Assembly (NCBI GenBank): GCA_963810925.1
Contig: CAWEPF010000002.1
Location: 28,233-92,232 of the forward strand
Length of the DNA stretch: 64,000 nt
Origin: an uncultured Chloroflexia bacterium
GTDB lineage: Bacteria > Chloroflexota > Limnocylindria > QHBO01
Reading direction: 5' to 3'
The position numbers and the translations under genes are program-made. Under the pieces are notes generated by a model, which was not told the origin of the DNA, did not search any database, and saw nothing but the letters and a program-made list of their open reading frames with translations. Shown here one piece after another: positions 10,323 to 19,700 of the stretch; position 1 is the stretch's first letter, and every line of letters begins with the position of its first letter.

Positions 10323-11024
10323 TCAGGTACGCGCGGCGCGATCGTAGGCGGCGGAGGCCTCGCGCTCGCGGCCGGCCGCTCGGAGAAGGTCGCCGTACAG
10401 TACCAAACGCTCCGCGCCGGGCCGGGGGCCGAGGGTGGGCTCCAGCAGCGCGATACCTGCCGCGGCGATGCGCGGGTCGCGGCGCAGGGCCAGGGTCAGC
10501 TCCCGATCGCCGGTCGGCAGGTCCTCGGTGCCGTACGCCGTCGCCGCGGCGCCGAGGCGATCCTCGGCCGGGGAACCATCGGAGCCGTTCACGGGTCGCG
10601 CCGCCCAGCCCGGCGCCGGCCATTCGAGGCGGCTCGGCGCGCCGCGCCGCAGGCGCCACGCCTCGTCCGCGCCTACCGCGGTGACGACCCGCTCCAGCAG
10701 GCCCTCCGCCTGGCGCATCTCGCCAATCGCGGCGAGCCCCTCGGCTTCGACCATCATCGTGATCGAGCGCCGACGTTCGATCCCGCGGGGACGAACCGCG
10801 GTCACCGCGTCGTACGCGGCGACCGGTCGGCCAGACCGCCACAGCGACTCGGCCAGCAGGGCGCGGGCGGCATCCAGCTCCTCGGGGTTCCGCCCGGTGG
10901 CCTCCAGGGTGGCGATCCGCCGCCGGAGGGTGCCCTCCACCACGCCGTACTGCGCGGCGTCCATCTGCGCCCGGGCCAGCGCCAGCTGGTCGGGAACGAG
11001 GTCGATGCCGGTCTCGGCGGTCAT
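10323..11024 (-). CDS. hypothetical protein (Ala/Arg-rich helical, TPR-like)
   Basis: 233-aa ORF whose start overlaps the M16 peptidase stop (ATGA). Helical repeat-like composition; no motif I can name. Confidence 0.45.
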   Translation of the reverse strand: MTAETGIDLVPDQLALARAQMDAAQYGVVEGTLRRRIATLEATGRNPEELDAARALLAESLWRSGRPVAAYDAVTAVRPRGIERRRSITMMVEAEGLAAIGEMRQAEGLLERVVTAVGADEAWRLRRGAPSRLEWPAPGWAARPVNGSDGSPAEDRLGAAATAYGTEDLPTGDRELTLALRRDPRIAAAGIALLEPTLGPRPGAERLVLYGDLLRAAGREREASAAYDRAART

Positions 11025-12346
11025 GCGGCGAGCAGGGCCTCCACCCGTCGGCGGCCACGGAACGGGCCGAGCAGGACCACGCGCGCCATCTCCGGGCGCA
11101 GGTAGCGGCGCGCGACCCGCAGCAGGTCATTGGCGGTCACCGCCTCCAGGCGCTCGACCACCTCGTCCACGGTCAGGATCCGGGGGAGCAGGCTCTCCCC
11201 CGTCCCCAGCCAGGCGGCCACCGCACTGGACTCGTCCAGGCGCAGCTCGATCCGGCCGCGGGTGTAGGCGCGGGCCCGATCCAGCTCCGCGGCCGGAATC
11301 GGTTCCTGGACAACCCGCTCCAGCTGCTCGAGGGCGGCCGTGATGATGGCCGACGCCTGGGCGGGATCGAATCCGGCGTGGATGCCCACCGTGCCGCAGT
11401 CGGCGTACGAAGCGGCAAAGGTGCCGATGTCGTAGGCCAGCGACCGACGCTCCCGCAGCTCCACGAAGAGACGGCTGCTCATGCCGTCACCGAGGACCGC
11501 GGTCAGCAGGTCCAGGGCCCATCGGTCCGGATGGGTCCGCGACACGCCCGGCATGCCCAGGCACAGGTTGCCCTGGCTCAGGCGCCGGAACGCGACCTGC
11601 ACGGCGCCCGCCGGTGACGGCCCGGGAGCGGGCGCGGCACCGATGCCGTCGCTGCGCACCGGCTTGTGGGCCGGTGTCGACCGGTCGAACCAGCCCCGCG
11701 CCGCGCGGCGGACCGCAGCGTGGTCAATGGCACCCGCCACGGCCAGGACCATGTGCTGCGGGACATACCACCGCTGCCAGTGCCGCTCGACGTCGGCGTG
11801 GGTCGTGCGCCGCACGCTTTGCGGCGTCCCCGCGATCTCGCGTCCGAGCGGGTGATCCCCGAACAGCAGCTGGTCGAACAGGGCGAAGACGTGGTCCGAG
11901 GGCGAGTCGACGTAGGCCCGGATCTCGTCCACCACCACCGGCTTCTCGGCCACGAGGTCGGCGGGACGCAGCAGGGGCCGCAGAGCGAGTTCGGCCACGA
12001 CCTCGAAGGCCCGGTCGGCACGGCTGCGCGGGACGCGCGCCGAGTACACCGTCAGCTCGCGGTCGGTGGAGGCGTTGACGGTGCCCCCGCACGCCTCGAT
12101 GGCCTCCGACAGGGCGCCCGGCTCGGGGTAGCCGCGCGTGCCCTTGAAGACGAGGTGCTCGACCATGTGCGACAGCCCGGCCTCGGTGGCGGCCTCGTGC
12201 CGCGAGCCAACGCCCACGAACAGGGCCACCGAGACGGATCGGGCGTGCGGCATGGCCTGACTGACCACGCGGAGGCCGTTGGGAAGGACGCTGCGCTCGT
12301 GGGGAGCAGCGCTGCGCCTAGGCGTCCTCGTCCTCTTCAGGGCCAT
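11021..12346 (-). CDS. M16-family (pitrilysin/insulinase-like) zinc peptidase
   Basis: 441 aa. Inverted zinc motif HMVEHLVFKG (HxxEH) near the N-terminus, with the downstream Glu region typical of M16B peptidases. Confidence 0.8.
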   Translation of the reverse strand: MALKRTRTPRRSAAPHERSVLPNGLRVVSQAMPHARSVSVALFVGVGSRHEAATEAGLSHMVEHLVFKGTRGYPEPGALSEAIEACGGTVNASTDRELTVYSARVPRSRADRAFEVVAELALRPLLRPADLVAEKPVVVDEIRAYVDSPSDHVFALFDQLLFGDHPLGREIAGTPQSVRRTTHADVERHWQRWYVPQHMVLAVAGAIDHAAVRRAARGWFDRSTPAHKPVRSDGIGAAPAPGPSPAGAVQVAFRRLSQGNLCLGMPGVSRTHPDRWALDLLTAVLGDGMSSRLFVELRERRSLAYDIGTFAASYADCGTVGIHAGFDPAQASAIITAALEQLERVVQEPIPAAELDRARAYTRGRIELRLDESSAVAAWLGTGESLLPRILTVDEVVERLEAVTANDLLRVARRYLRPEMARVVLLGPFRGRRRVEALLAA

Positions 12347-12788
12347 CGGGGGACTTGAGGAGCTCCATCTGGATGAAGTCCGGATCGAGCGCCAGGTCGT
12401 CGGCGGCCATGGCGGCGCGCATCGGTGCCTCGTCCTCGATCCCGATCTCGGTCGCGGCCTGCGCGAACTCGATGACCACCTTCTCCGAGCCGATGACCAG
12501 GGTGTAGGTCAGGAGCTGGTCGGACGTCGTGTCGAACTGGAGGTAGTCGAACGAGTCGAGGTTCAGGCAGATGGACAGCGGCGTGAAGTAGGACGCGATT
12601 TCGGGGTGGTCGACCACCAGCCGCTCGACCCAGCCGGTTCCCCCGCTGGCCACCTGGTTGCCGCGGAAGTAGGCGTAGGTGACGGTCTGCTTCAGGAGTG
12701 GGCGGAGGATGTTGTAAATGTCACTCTTGTCGGTGACAAGGCCCGTGTTGATGTAGAGCTTGGCGCGATGTTCGGGCGTGGGCTCCAT
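12318..12788 (-). CDS. hypothetical acidic protein
   Basis: Only the 3' part of ORF 12318..13427 looks coding. The ATG at 12788 (MEPTPEHRAKLYINTG...) is preceded by AGGAGAAA. 156 aa with an acidic tail ...SPDGPEEDEDA; no recognisable family. Confidence 0.5.
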   Translation of the reverse strand: MEPTPEHRAKLYINTGLVTDKSDIYNILRPLLKQTVTYAYFRGNQVASGGTGWVERLVVDHPEIASYFTPLSICLNLDSFDYLQFDTTSDQLLTYTLVIGSEKVVIEFAQAATEIGIEDEAPMRAAMAADDLALDPDFIQMELLKSPDGPEEDEDA

Positions 12789-12863
12789 CGGTTTCTCCTG
12801 CGAGGTCTGGGGGAGTCTAGCATCGGTAGAATCGGCGCAAACGGCTGTTACGATGCTTGACTG

Positions 12864-13670
12864 ATGCGACTCCTGGCGGCCGATATCGGCAACACGAGCA
12901 CCGCGATCGGGCTTTTTGACGAGGGGGGCCTGGTCGGGTCGTGGCACGCCGAAACCGATCCCACCGTGACCGATGACGAGCTGGCGGCGACCGTGACCGG
13001 CCTGCTGGCCCTGGACGGGCACCACATGACCGATGTCACCGCGGCCGCGCTGGCCTGCGTGGTCCCGCCCCTGGTTCCGGGGTGGTCGCGGATGCTGGAA
13101 CGACGCGCCGGCGTGGCACCGCTGGTGATCGATGCGGCGCTGTTGAAGGGCGTGATGGCCATCGAGATCGACCGGCCCGCCGAGGCGGGCGCGGACCGCC
13201 TGGTGAACGCCCTCGCGGCGCGCGAGGAGGTGGGCGGCCCGGCGATCGTGGTCGACCTGGGCACGAGCACGAACTTCGACGTGGTCAGCGCCGAGGGCGC
13301 ATACATCGGTGGGGCGATTGCGCCGGGCCTGGGCATCTCGGTGGACGCGCTGGTGAGCCGCGCCGCCAAGCTGCCGCGCGTCGAGCTGCGGCGCCCTCCG
13401 AATGCCATCGGGACGAATACGATGCACGCCATGCAGAGCGGCGCGGTGAACGGGTACATCGGCCTGGTGAGCGGGCTGCTGGCGGCCCTGCGCGGCGAGC
13501 TCATGGAGCGCTCGCCGGCCGGCGCGCGGGTGACCGTCCTGGCCACCGGCGGGTTCGCCCTCCAGCCGTGGCTGGCCGACGTGCCGGGGATTGACCGGGT
13601 GGAGCCCGCGCTGACCCTGCGCGGCATCCGATACGCCGCGCAGCTGGTGGGCGTGGAGGCGCGCTCATGA
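12864..13670 (+). CDS. coaX: type III pantothenate kinase
   Basis: 268 aa. LAADIGNT, GADRLVNA, DLGTSTNFD, GGAIAPG and IGTNT motifs of CoaX. Confidence 0.85.
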   Translation: MRLLAADIGNTSTAIGLFDEGGLVGSWHAETDPTVTDDELAATVTGLLALDGHHMTDVTAAALACVVPPLVPGWSRMLERRAGVAPLVIDAALLKGVMAIEIDRPAEAGADRLVNALAAREEVGGPAIVVDLGTSTNFDVVSAEGAYIGGAIAPGLGISVDALVSRAAKLPRVELRRPPNAIGTNTMHAMQSGAVNGYIGLVSGLLAALRGELMERSPAGARVTVLATGGFALQPWLADVPGIDRVEPALTLRGIRYAAQLVGVEARS

Positions 13671-14962
13671 CCGACGGGTCGACCGGGACGCTGGTCGGAC
13701 GCCGCGTGGTCGTGGGCGTCACCGGGAGCATCGCGGCCTACAAGGCCGCCGTCCTCGTCCGCCAGCTCATGAACGCGGGCGCCATCGTGGACGTGGCCAT
13801 GACCCCGTCCGCCGCGGCGTTCGTGACCCCGCTCACCTTTGCGGCGCTCACCCATCGCCCGGTGATCACCGACGTCATGGCCCTGGATCCCGACCAGCAC
13901 ATCGCCCACATCGAGCTGGCGGAGGCCGCCGACGCCATCGTCCTGGCCCCGGCCACGGCCAACCTGCTCGGCAAGCTGGCCGCGGGCCTGGTGGACGACG
14001 CGGTGACCGCCATCGCCTGCGCCAGCCGAGCGCGGGTGGTGGTCGCGCCGGCCATGGACGCCGGGATGTGGACCCACCCGGCCACCCAGCGCAACGTCGA
14101 GACGCTCCGGGGCTTTGGCTACCTGGTCGTGGAGCCGGAGGTCGGGGCGCTGGCCTCGGGCCTGACCGGCATCGGTCGGTTGGCGGAGCCGGAGACGATC
14201 CTGGCCGCGGTCGAGCGCCTGTTCGCGCGGGCCGGCGACCTCGAGGGGATGCGGGTCGCGATCAGCGCCGGTGGGACGCGCGAGCCCATCGACCCGGTGC
14301 GGTTCATTGGCAACCGGAGCAGCGGCAAGATGGGCGTGGCCCTGGCCGAGGCGGCGCGCGACCGGGGAGCCACGGTGACCCTGGTCGCGGGCGCCATGTC
14401 GGTCACCCCGCCCCGGGGAGTGGACGTGGTGGAAGCAACGACCGCCGCCGCCATGCGCGAGGCCGTGCTGCGGGCGGCGCCGACGGCCGACATCCTGGTG
14501 ATGGCCGCCGCGGTCGCGGACTACGGGCCGGCCAAGCCCAGCGGTCGAAAGATCAAGCGTGGCTCCGGCAACATCAGCCTGGAGCTCGTCCCCAACCCGG
14601 ACATCATCGCCGAGGTGGGCGAGATGCCCGACCCGGTCCGACCCTTCCTGGTGGGCTTCGCCGCGGAGAGCGACGACCTGGAGGCCAACGCCACCGGCAA
14701 GCTGCGCGACAAGGGCCTGGACCTGATCGTCGGCAACCGGGTGGGCGGGCCGTTCGACGCCATCGGCTCCGAGGAGAACAAGGTCGTGGTCTTTGGCGTG
14801 GAGGGCGCCCTGACCGATTGGCCGATGCTCCCCAAGCGCCAGGTCGCCGAGCGCCTGTGGGATCTCATCGCAGACCGATATCGCGCCGGACGGCACGGCG
14901 ACACCACCCCGGAGCCCACCGCGCGCCCGCGTGCGCGCCGCTCCCGCCAACAGGACGCCTAG
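13667..14962 (+). CDS. coaBC: bifunctional phosphopantothenoylcysteine decarboxylase / phosphopantothenate-cysteine ligase
   Basis: 431 aa. N-terminal flavoprotein domain (VVVGVTGSIAAYKA, PAMDAGMW) and C-terminal CoaB domain (ISAGGTREPIDPVRFIGNRSSGKMG). ATGA overlap with coaX. Confidence 0.9.
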   Translation: MTDGSTGTLVGRRVVVGVTGSIAAYKAAVLVRQLMNAGAIVDVAMTPSAAAFVTPLTFAALTHRPVITDVMALDPDQHIAHIELAEAADAIVLAPATANLLGKLAAGLVDDAVTAIACASRARVVVAPAMDAGMWTHPATQRNVETLRGFGYLVVEPEVGALASGLTGIGRLAEPETILAAVERLFARAGDLEGMRVAISAGGTREPIDPVRFIGNRSSGKMGVALAEAARDRGATVTLVAGAMSVTPPRGVDVVEATTAAAMREAVLRAAPTADILVMAAAVADYGPAKPSGRKIKRGSGNISLELVPNPDIIAEVGEMPDPVRPFLVGFAAESDDLEANATGKLRDKGLDLIVGNRVGGPFDAIGSEENKVVVFGVEGALTDWPMLPKRQVAERLWDLIADRYRAGRHGDTTPEPTARPRARRSRQQDA

Positions 14963-14964
14963 CG

Positions 14965-15777
14965 GTGCAGGTCGTCCGCGGCGTCGATCAGCTGCGGGAC
15001 GCCATCCTCGATCTCCGTCGAGCGGGCCACTCCATCGGGTTCATCGCCACCACCGGCCTCGTCCATTCGGGGCAGCTGTCGCTCGTCCAGGCTTCGCGCG
15101 GGACCGATGGCGCGGTGGTGGTCAGCAACCAGCGCGATCCCTCGGGGACCGCGGCCGACGAGGAGCGGCTGCTGGCCCTCCTCGAGCGCGAGGGCGTGGA
15201 CGTGGCCTTCCTCCCGGCGCCCGGCACGGTGGACCCGCCCCACGTCACCCGGGTCACGGTGGACGGGCTGACCGGACGGCTGGAGGGCGCCTCGCGTCCG
15301 GGATACCTGGACGAGGTGGCGACCACGACCATGAAGCTGCTCCACCTGGTCGGCCCCGCCCGCCTGTACCTGGGCCAGAAGGACGCCCAACGGGTGGTCG
15401 TCGTGCGCCGCATGCTCAGCGACCTGTTCGTCAACGTGGAGCTGGTGGTGTGCCCCATCGCCCGTGAGCCCGACGGCCTGGCGGCCTCGGCCGCGAACAT
15501 GGGGCTGTCCATCGAGGAACGGCATGCCGCCACCTGCCTGTACACGGCCATCGCGGCGGCCGAGGCGGCCTACGACGGCGGCGAGCGTTCGGCCGAGGTG
15601 GTGCGCGCCCGGATGACCGATCGGATCGGCGCCGAACCGCTGGCCCGGGTGGACTACCTGAGCGTGGCGGACACCGAGACCCTGGCCGAACAATCCCGGC
15701 TCGAGGGGCCGGCGCTGGCCATGGCCGCGGTGTGGATCGGTCGCACGAGACTCACCGACAACGTGCCCCTGGGCTGA
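14965..15777 (+). CDS. panC: pantoate-beta-alanine ligase homolog with degenerate active-site motifs
   Basis: GTG at 14965 lies 2 nt after the coaBC stop. The 270 aa protein is collinear with PanC (EGASRPG..., GQKDAQR, REPDGLAASAAN, TRLTDN), but key motifs are substituted (see finding). The 5' part of ORF 14068..15777 is an out-of-frame overlap with coaBC. Confidence 0.6.
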   Translation: MQVVRGVDQLRDAILDLRRAGHSIGFIATTGLVHSGQLSLVQASRGTDGAVVVSNQRDPSGTAADEERLLALLEREGVDVAFLPAPGTVDPPHVTRVTVDGLTGRLEGASRPGYLDEVATTTMKLLHLVGPARLYLGQKDAQRVVVVRRMLSDLFVNVELVVCPIAREPDGLAASAANMGLSIEERHAATCLYTAIAAAEAAYDGGERSAEVVRARMTDRIGAEPLARVDYLSVADTETLAEQSRLEGPALAMAAVWIGRTRLTDNVPLG

Positions 15778-15839
15778 CCGCGGCCCCGCATTCCGAAAGT
15801 ACTACTGACCGCCATACGCGGCTGGGTAGGATGGGCTGG

Positions 15840-15877
15840 GGAGGCCGGCGAGTGCCCACGTCCGGCCTCCTTTTTCT
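15840..15877 (+). terminator. intrinsic terminator after the coaX-coaBC-panC operon
   Basis: GGAGGCCGG - 13 nt loop - CCGGCCTCC (perfect 9-bp stem) followed directly by TTTTTCT. Confidence 0.65.
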
Positions 15878-15912
15878 GCGCCCGGCGGGGCGCAGATCCG
15901 TCGAAAATCGCC

Positions 15913-16494
15913 CTACTTGGTGGCGGCCGCGGCCCGCATGGCGGCCTTGTGAGCGCGCTTCTTGGCCTGGTACGCCTCCAGCGCCTCGGGCGTGTCCACG
16001 TCTCCCAGGGTGGGCCAGGTCGGTAGGCGCTCGGCCAGTCCGGGGAGGTCCACCCCGTAGCGCTTGGACAGGATTGCCATGATCCCGGAGACCTTCAGGT
16101 CACCGATGGACGGCAGGGCCCGCAGCCGCTTCTCGAGATCCGCCCCGTCCTGCGCGTCGCGCCACACCCGGCTCGCGTCCCCGCCGTAGGTCTCGGTGAT
16201 GACGCGGCACAGGGCCGCCACCCGGGTGGCCATGGAGGCCGGGTATCGGTGCAGGGCCGGGCGTTCGCGGAACACGCGTTCCAGCTCGGCCGGGTCCATG
16301 GCCGCAATCCGGGCCGGGTCCAGGTGCCCGATCCGGCGGCGCAGCTCCCACGGGCCGTTGAACGCGTGCTGGACCGTGATCTGCTGGTCGAGCGCGAACC
16401 CGATCAGGAGGGCCAGCGGATCCGCGCCCAGCAGGGCGTTGGCCTCGGGGTTGTCGGTGAAGGGCAGGACCGGGGTGGCGGTGGCGCGGGCCAT
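15913..16494 (-). CDS. HhH-GPD-type base-excision DNA repair family protein
   Basis: 193 aa. ...LALLIGFALDQQ..., LPSIGDLKVSGI hairpin-helix-like element, and a Lys-rich tail, as in the small HhH-GPD-type repair protein family. Confidence 0.6.
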   Translation of the reverse strand: MARATATPVLPFTDNPEANALLGADPLALLIGFALDQQITVQHAFNGPWELRRRIGHLDPARIAAMDPAELERVFRERPALHRYPASMATRVAALCRVITETYGGDASRVWRDAQDGADLEKRLRALPSIGDLKVSGIMAILSKRYGVDLPGLAERLPTWPTLGDVDTPEALEAYQAKKRAHKAAMRAAAATK

Positions 16495-16498
16495 GGGG

Positions 16499-17119
16499 TC
16501 AGCTCTCGCGGGGTGCGCTCGCGGACCCGGTTCGGCGCTGGATCCGCTCGACGGCCTCGTGCAGGCGCGCGACCAGCTCGGCGTCGACCATCTCCGGCTC
16601 GATGTGCTCCCCCAGCCGCTCCATGAGGTCCGCGGCGATGTTCAGCAGGATGTCCGCGTCCGCGATGAAGAACTGCGGCTCGTTGTTGTAGCGGACCAGG
16701 GTCAGCCGGCCCTGGAGGGTCGAGCCCGCCTCCCCGTGGAGGACCTGGGTCCCGAAGTTGTGGCCCTGGATCCCGTCGGGGTTGTTCAGGAAGTTCAGGG
16801 CGTTGTCGATGGCCAGGCCAAAGCGTGCCCGCCAGCTGACGATCCGCTCCCCGATCTCGGGCGACAGACCGATCTGGCCGACCTCCTCGAACACTTCGCG
16901 GGTGACGGTCAGCAGACCGATGAGGGTCGAGCCGGCCCGGTTGCCGAGCATCACCTGGAGCGAGCGCTCGAGGGTGAAGACGTCCGCGTCGAAGCGGGGG
17001 CTGGTCGTGACGTCGGCCAGGAGGTCCTCGACGTTGTCCAGCTGCCCCGGCTCGGACAGGGCGGTGCTGAGGGTCAGGATTTCCTCCCGGAAGAGGAACC
17101 GCTCCTCGTGATCGAGCAT
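16499..17119 (-). CDS. hypothetical protein
   Basis: Within ORF 16499..18121, the ATG at 17119 (MLDHEERFLFREEILT...) lies 17 nt after the gdh stop. 206 aa. Its stop lies 4 nt before the HhH-GPD gene start. No recognisable motif. Confidence 0.5.
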   Translation of the reverse strand: MLDHEERFLFREEILTLSTALSEPGQLDNVEDLLADVTTSPRFDADVFTLERSLQVMLGNRAGSTLIGLLTVTREVFEEVGQIGLSPEIGERIVSWRARFGLAIDNALNFLNNPDGIQGHNFGTQVLHGEAGSTLQGRLTLVRYNNEPQFFIADADILLNIAADLMERLGEHIEPEMVDAELVARLHEAVERIQRRTGSASAPRES

Positions 17120-17136
17120 GGGCCCGTCTTCGGCGT

Positions 17137-18402
17137 CTATGGGTACAGGCCTCGGAGCGTCGTCGCCTCGGCCACCCGCGACACGGCCACCATGTAGGCC
17201 GCCGTCCGCATGTGGACCTCGTGCAGGTCGCTCATCTTGTAGACCGCCTCGAACGCGCGATCCATGATCTCCTTGAGGCTCTCGTTGATGCGGGCCTCGG
17301 TCCAGAAGAAGGACTGCATGTCCTGGACCCACTCGAAGTAGCTGACCGTGACCCCGCCCGCGTTGCACAGGATGTCGGGGATCACGAAGACACCGCGCTC
17401 GAACAGGATGGCATCGGCCTCGGGCGTGGTCGGTCCGTTGGCGGCCTCGGCCACCACCTTGGCCTGGATCCGGTGGGCGACGTCGGCGGTGATCTGGTTC
17501 TCGAGTGCGGCCGGAATGAGGATGTCGCAGTCGAGGGTCAGCAGCTCGTCGTTGGTCACCGTGGTCGTTCCGGGGAAGCCGACCACGGTCCCGTGCTCCT
17601 GCTTCCAGGCACCCACCTTGGCCGGGTCCAACCCGGCCGGGTTGTGGATGCCGCCGGTCGAGTCGCTGACCGCCACGATGGTTGCGCCCTCCGCGGCCAG
17701 GAGCTGGGCGGCGATGGAGCCGGCATTGCCGTAGCCCTCGATTGCGACCCGTGCGCCGGCGAGCGGCAGGTTCAGGACGGTGGACGCCTGCTGGAGGCAG
17801 AACACGGCGCCGCGGGCGGTCGCCTCGTTGCGGCCCAGCGAGCCACCGATCGCGATCGGCTTGCCGGTCACCACGCCCGAGATCGTGTAGCCGTTGTGCA
17901 TCGAGTAGGTGTCCATCATCCAGGCCATGGTCTGGGAGTTCGTGTTCACGTCCGGCGCGGGGATGTCCCGGTCCGGACCGATGAGCGGGCTGATCTCGGT
18001 CGTGAACCGGCGGGTCAGGCCCTCGAGCTCCTTCCGGGACAGCTTCTTGGGATCGACGATCACGCCGCCCTTGCCGCCGCCGTAGGGGATGTTCACGACC
18101 GCGCACTTCCAGGTCATCCACATGGACAGGGCCCGCACCTCGTCCAGGGTCACGTCCTGGTGGTAGCGGATGCCGCCCTTGGCCGGGCCGCGCGAGAGGT
18201 TGTGCTGGACGCGGTAGCCGGTGAAGACCTCCACGTGCCCGTCGTCCATGGTGACCGGGAAGTGGACCGTGAGCTCGCGCTTGGGTTCTCGCAGGACGCG
18301 TCGCAGACCTGGATCCAGGTCGAGCTTCTCGGCGGCCTGGTCGAACTGCTGCTGGGCCACCGCCCAGATGTTCGGAGCCTCGGCGGTTGACTGGTCGGTC
18401 AT
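17137..18402 (-). CDS. gdh: glutamate dehydrogenase (Glu/Leu/Phe/Val dehydrogenase family), canonical
   Basis: 421 aa with all hallmark motifs: GPAKGGIRYH, MTWKCA, PYGGGKGG, PAPDVNT, GYGNAGS, ANGPTTPEAD, NAGGVTVSYFEW. Confidence 0.9.
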   Translation of the reverse strand: MTDQSTAEAPNIWAVAQQQFDQAAEKLDLDPGLRRVLREPKRELTVHFPVTMDDGHVEVFTGYRVQHNLSRGPAKGGIRYHQDVTLDEVRALSMWMTWKCAVVNIPYGGGKGGVIVDPKKLSRKELEGLTRRFTTEISPLIGPDRDIPAPDVNTNSQTMAWMMDTYSMHNGYTISGVVTGKPIAIGGSLGRNEATARGAVFCLQQASTVLNLPLAGARVAIEGYGNAGSIAAQLLAAEGATIVAVSDSTGGIHNPAGLDPAKVGAWKQEHGTVVGFPGTTTVTNDELLTLDCDILIPAALENQITADVAHRIQAKVVAEAANGPTTPEADAILFERGVFVIPDILCNAGGVTVSYFEWVQDMQSFFWTEARINESLKEIMDRAFEAVYKMSDLHEVHMRTAAYMVAVSRVAEATTLRGLYP

Positions 18403-18513
18403 GGGTGGCGGACGTCTCCCGTTGGTTGTTCTGGTCGTGGGTGCCCGGCGAGCGTCGCTCGGCGAAAAGGCGCGCCGATTATAGGGGCCGCCCCCCGGAA
18501 ATCGTCTAGAGGT

Positions 18514-19700
18514 CTAGACCAGTTCGACGGCCAGGGCCACCGCTCCCCCGCCGCCGAGGCACAGGGTCGCGAGGCCCCGCTTCCCGCCGCGATTGCGGAG
18601 GGCGTACAGGAGCGTCGTGAGCACGCGTGCCCCGGATGCACCGATGGGATGGCCCAGCGCCACGGCGCCGCCGTTGACGTTGACCTTGTCCCAGTCGAAG
18701 CCCAGGGCGTTGCCATCGGCCAGGACCTGGGCGGCGAAGGCCTCGTTGATCTCGATCAGGTCGAAGTCGGCCAGCGGGATGCCCACCTTCTCGACCAGCC
18801 GCTGCACCCCGTCGATCGGTGCCTCGAACAGCCACTCGGGGGCGACGTCGGCCTGGGCGTAGCCGAGGATGCGGGCCATGGGCTGGAGTGCCGGCATCGG
18901 CGACCCGATCGCCGGAGGCGAGGACCAGGGCCGCGGCGCCATCGGTGATGCCGGGGGAGTTGCCGGCCGTGACGGTGCCGGTGCCATCGGTCTGGAAGGC
19001 GGGCTTGAGGTTGGCCAGCGCCTCGGCCGAGGTGTCGGGGCGGGGCCCTTCATCGGTGTCCACGATGGTCGGGCCCTTCTTGCCGGGCACCTCGACCGGG
19101 ACGATCTCGTCCGCGAACGCGCCCGACGCCTGCGCGGCCAGGGCCCGCTGGTGGGAGCGCAGGGCGAAGGCGTCCTGGGCCTCGCGGCTGACCTGGTGCT
19201 TGTTTGCCACCCGCTCGGCGTGGATGCCCATGTGGACGTCGCAGGCGGTGCACCACAGGCCGTCGTACACGGTGGCGTCCACGAGCTCCTGGTTGCCGAG
19301 CCGGTAGCCGGCCCGGGCACCGGGGAGCAGGTACGGGCCCAGGTTCATGTTCTCCATGCCCCCGGCCACGATCACGGCCGCGTCACCGGCCGTGATGGAC
19401 GCAGCGCCCAGCATCACGGCCTTCAGGCCGGAGCCGCACACCTTGTTGATGGTCGTGGCACTGACCCCGTCCGGCAGCCCGGCCTTGCGCGCCGCCTGGC
19501 GGGCGGGGGCCTGGCCCGCGCCGGCCTGGATGACCTGGCCCATGAAGACCTCGTCCACGGTCGCCGGGTCCATGCCCGACCGCTCGACCGCAGCCCGGAT
19601 GGCCACCGCTCCCAGGTCCGTGGCCGGAACCGTGGACAGGCGCGCCCCCGAACTTGCCGATGGGCGTCCGGGCGGCGGACAGGATGAAGACGTCGGTCAC
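18514..19700 (-). CDS. acetyl-CoA C-acetyltransferase (thiolase), two frame interruptions as sequenced
   Basis: N-terminus [19 protein letters not shown] (ORF 19383..19748), core with the active-site Cys in [10 protein letters not shown] (ORF 18506..19606), and C-terminus NEAFAAQ...[19 protein letters not shown]...CLGGGGAVA (ORF 18514..19320). Frame shifts near ~19641 and ~18889. Confidence 0.85.

Noticed and set aside
14068-14964. The 5' ~300 codons of ORF 14068..15777, which would make a 569-aa PanC fusion.
   Set aside because: This part overlaps coaBC in another frame and translates to Arg/Gly/Pro-rich sequence. PanC similarity begins only at the GTG at 14965, just after the coaBC stop.
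18478-18483. A perfect TATAAT (minus strand) ~76 nt upstream of the gdh start, as a possible -10 box.
   Set aside because: The best -35 candidate (TAGACG) is 19 nt away and weak. A single hexamer match is not enough to call a promoter, so it is left as a note only.
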